From Candidatus Bathyarchaeota archaeon (GTDB lineage: Archaea > Thermoproteota > Bathyarchaeia > Bathyarchaeales > Bathycorpusculaceae), in NCBI GenBank assembly GCA_963775685.1, contig CAVZJV010000014.1, forward strand, positions 384,001-448,000: a DNA stretch of 64,000 bases. Direction: 5' to 3'. The position numbers were made by a program, and so were the translations under genes. The notes beneath the pieces were generated by a model. That model did no database searches. It was not told where the DNA came from and saw only the letters and a program-made list of their open reading frames with translations. This document shows positions 63,853 through 64,000 of this stretch, piece by piece (position 1 is the stretch's first letter; each line of letters begins with the position of its first letter).

Positions 63853-64000
63853 AACAATTAAGCAACGCAATAAAAAATTGAATGTGATTTTATTAATCGC
63901 AAAAATTGCAAAAAGATTGTGATTAAGGTAGCTTAAATATTGGCGCTTGCTAGAGTATTTGTAGATTTTGCGTTGGTTTTTGAGTTAACAGTTCCAAATG

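Overview
Archaeal chromosomal segment, most likely TACK-group and probably Bathyarchaeia (inferred from ribosomal protein eL38, Tsr3, an Hjc-like nuclease, a JAMM protease, archaeal tRNAs and BRE/TATA promoters). Layout: (i) 0-21 kb mostly housekeeping: OsmC, tRNA-Val(GAC), tRNA-Ser(TGA), an orphan soluble chemoreceptor plus CheW, YyaL, a wHTH / ABC / HtrA envelope module, MTAP-APRT, macrodomain, Tsr3, NnrED. (ii) 19-30.5 kb carries an unexplained family of non-coding repeats: six copies of a ~27-bp motif A (GTATACRAAAGCATC...) in both orientations, and three copies of a promoter-like motif B followed 352-374 bp later by a 48-bp motif C. These surround PncA, YjbQ, an Hjc-like nuclease, a decayed ABC transporter and a restriction-like nuclease. 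(iii) 34.8-57 kb is a glycogen/lower-glycolysis island (dPGM, Pyk, DUF5752, D-LDH-like, two GT4, enolase, Hsp20, CBS-HPF hibernation factor, YHS-GlgP, PGM/PMM, P3A H+-ATPase, GH13 branching enzyme) with IS1182-like scars. (iv) 57-64 kb: tRNA-Val(CAC), tRNA-Phe(GAA) and small accessory genes. Many conserved genes have single-base frameshifts, often in homopolymers, so some breaks are probably sequencing errors, while others are true pseudogenes. No CRISPR array, rRNA or intact integrase/transposase was seen. All calls are by eye from motifs; no database searches were run.
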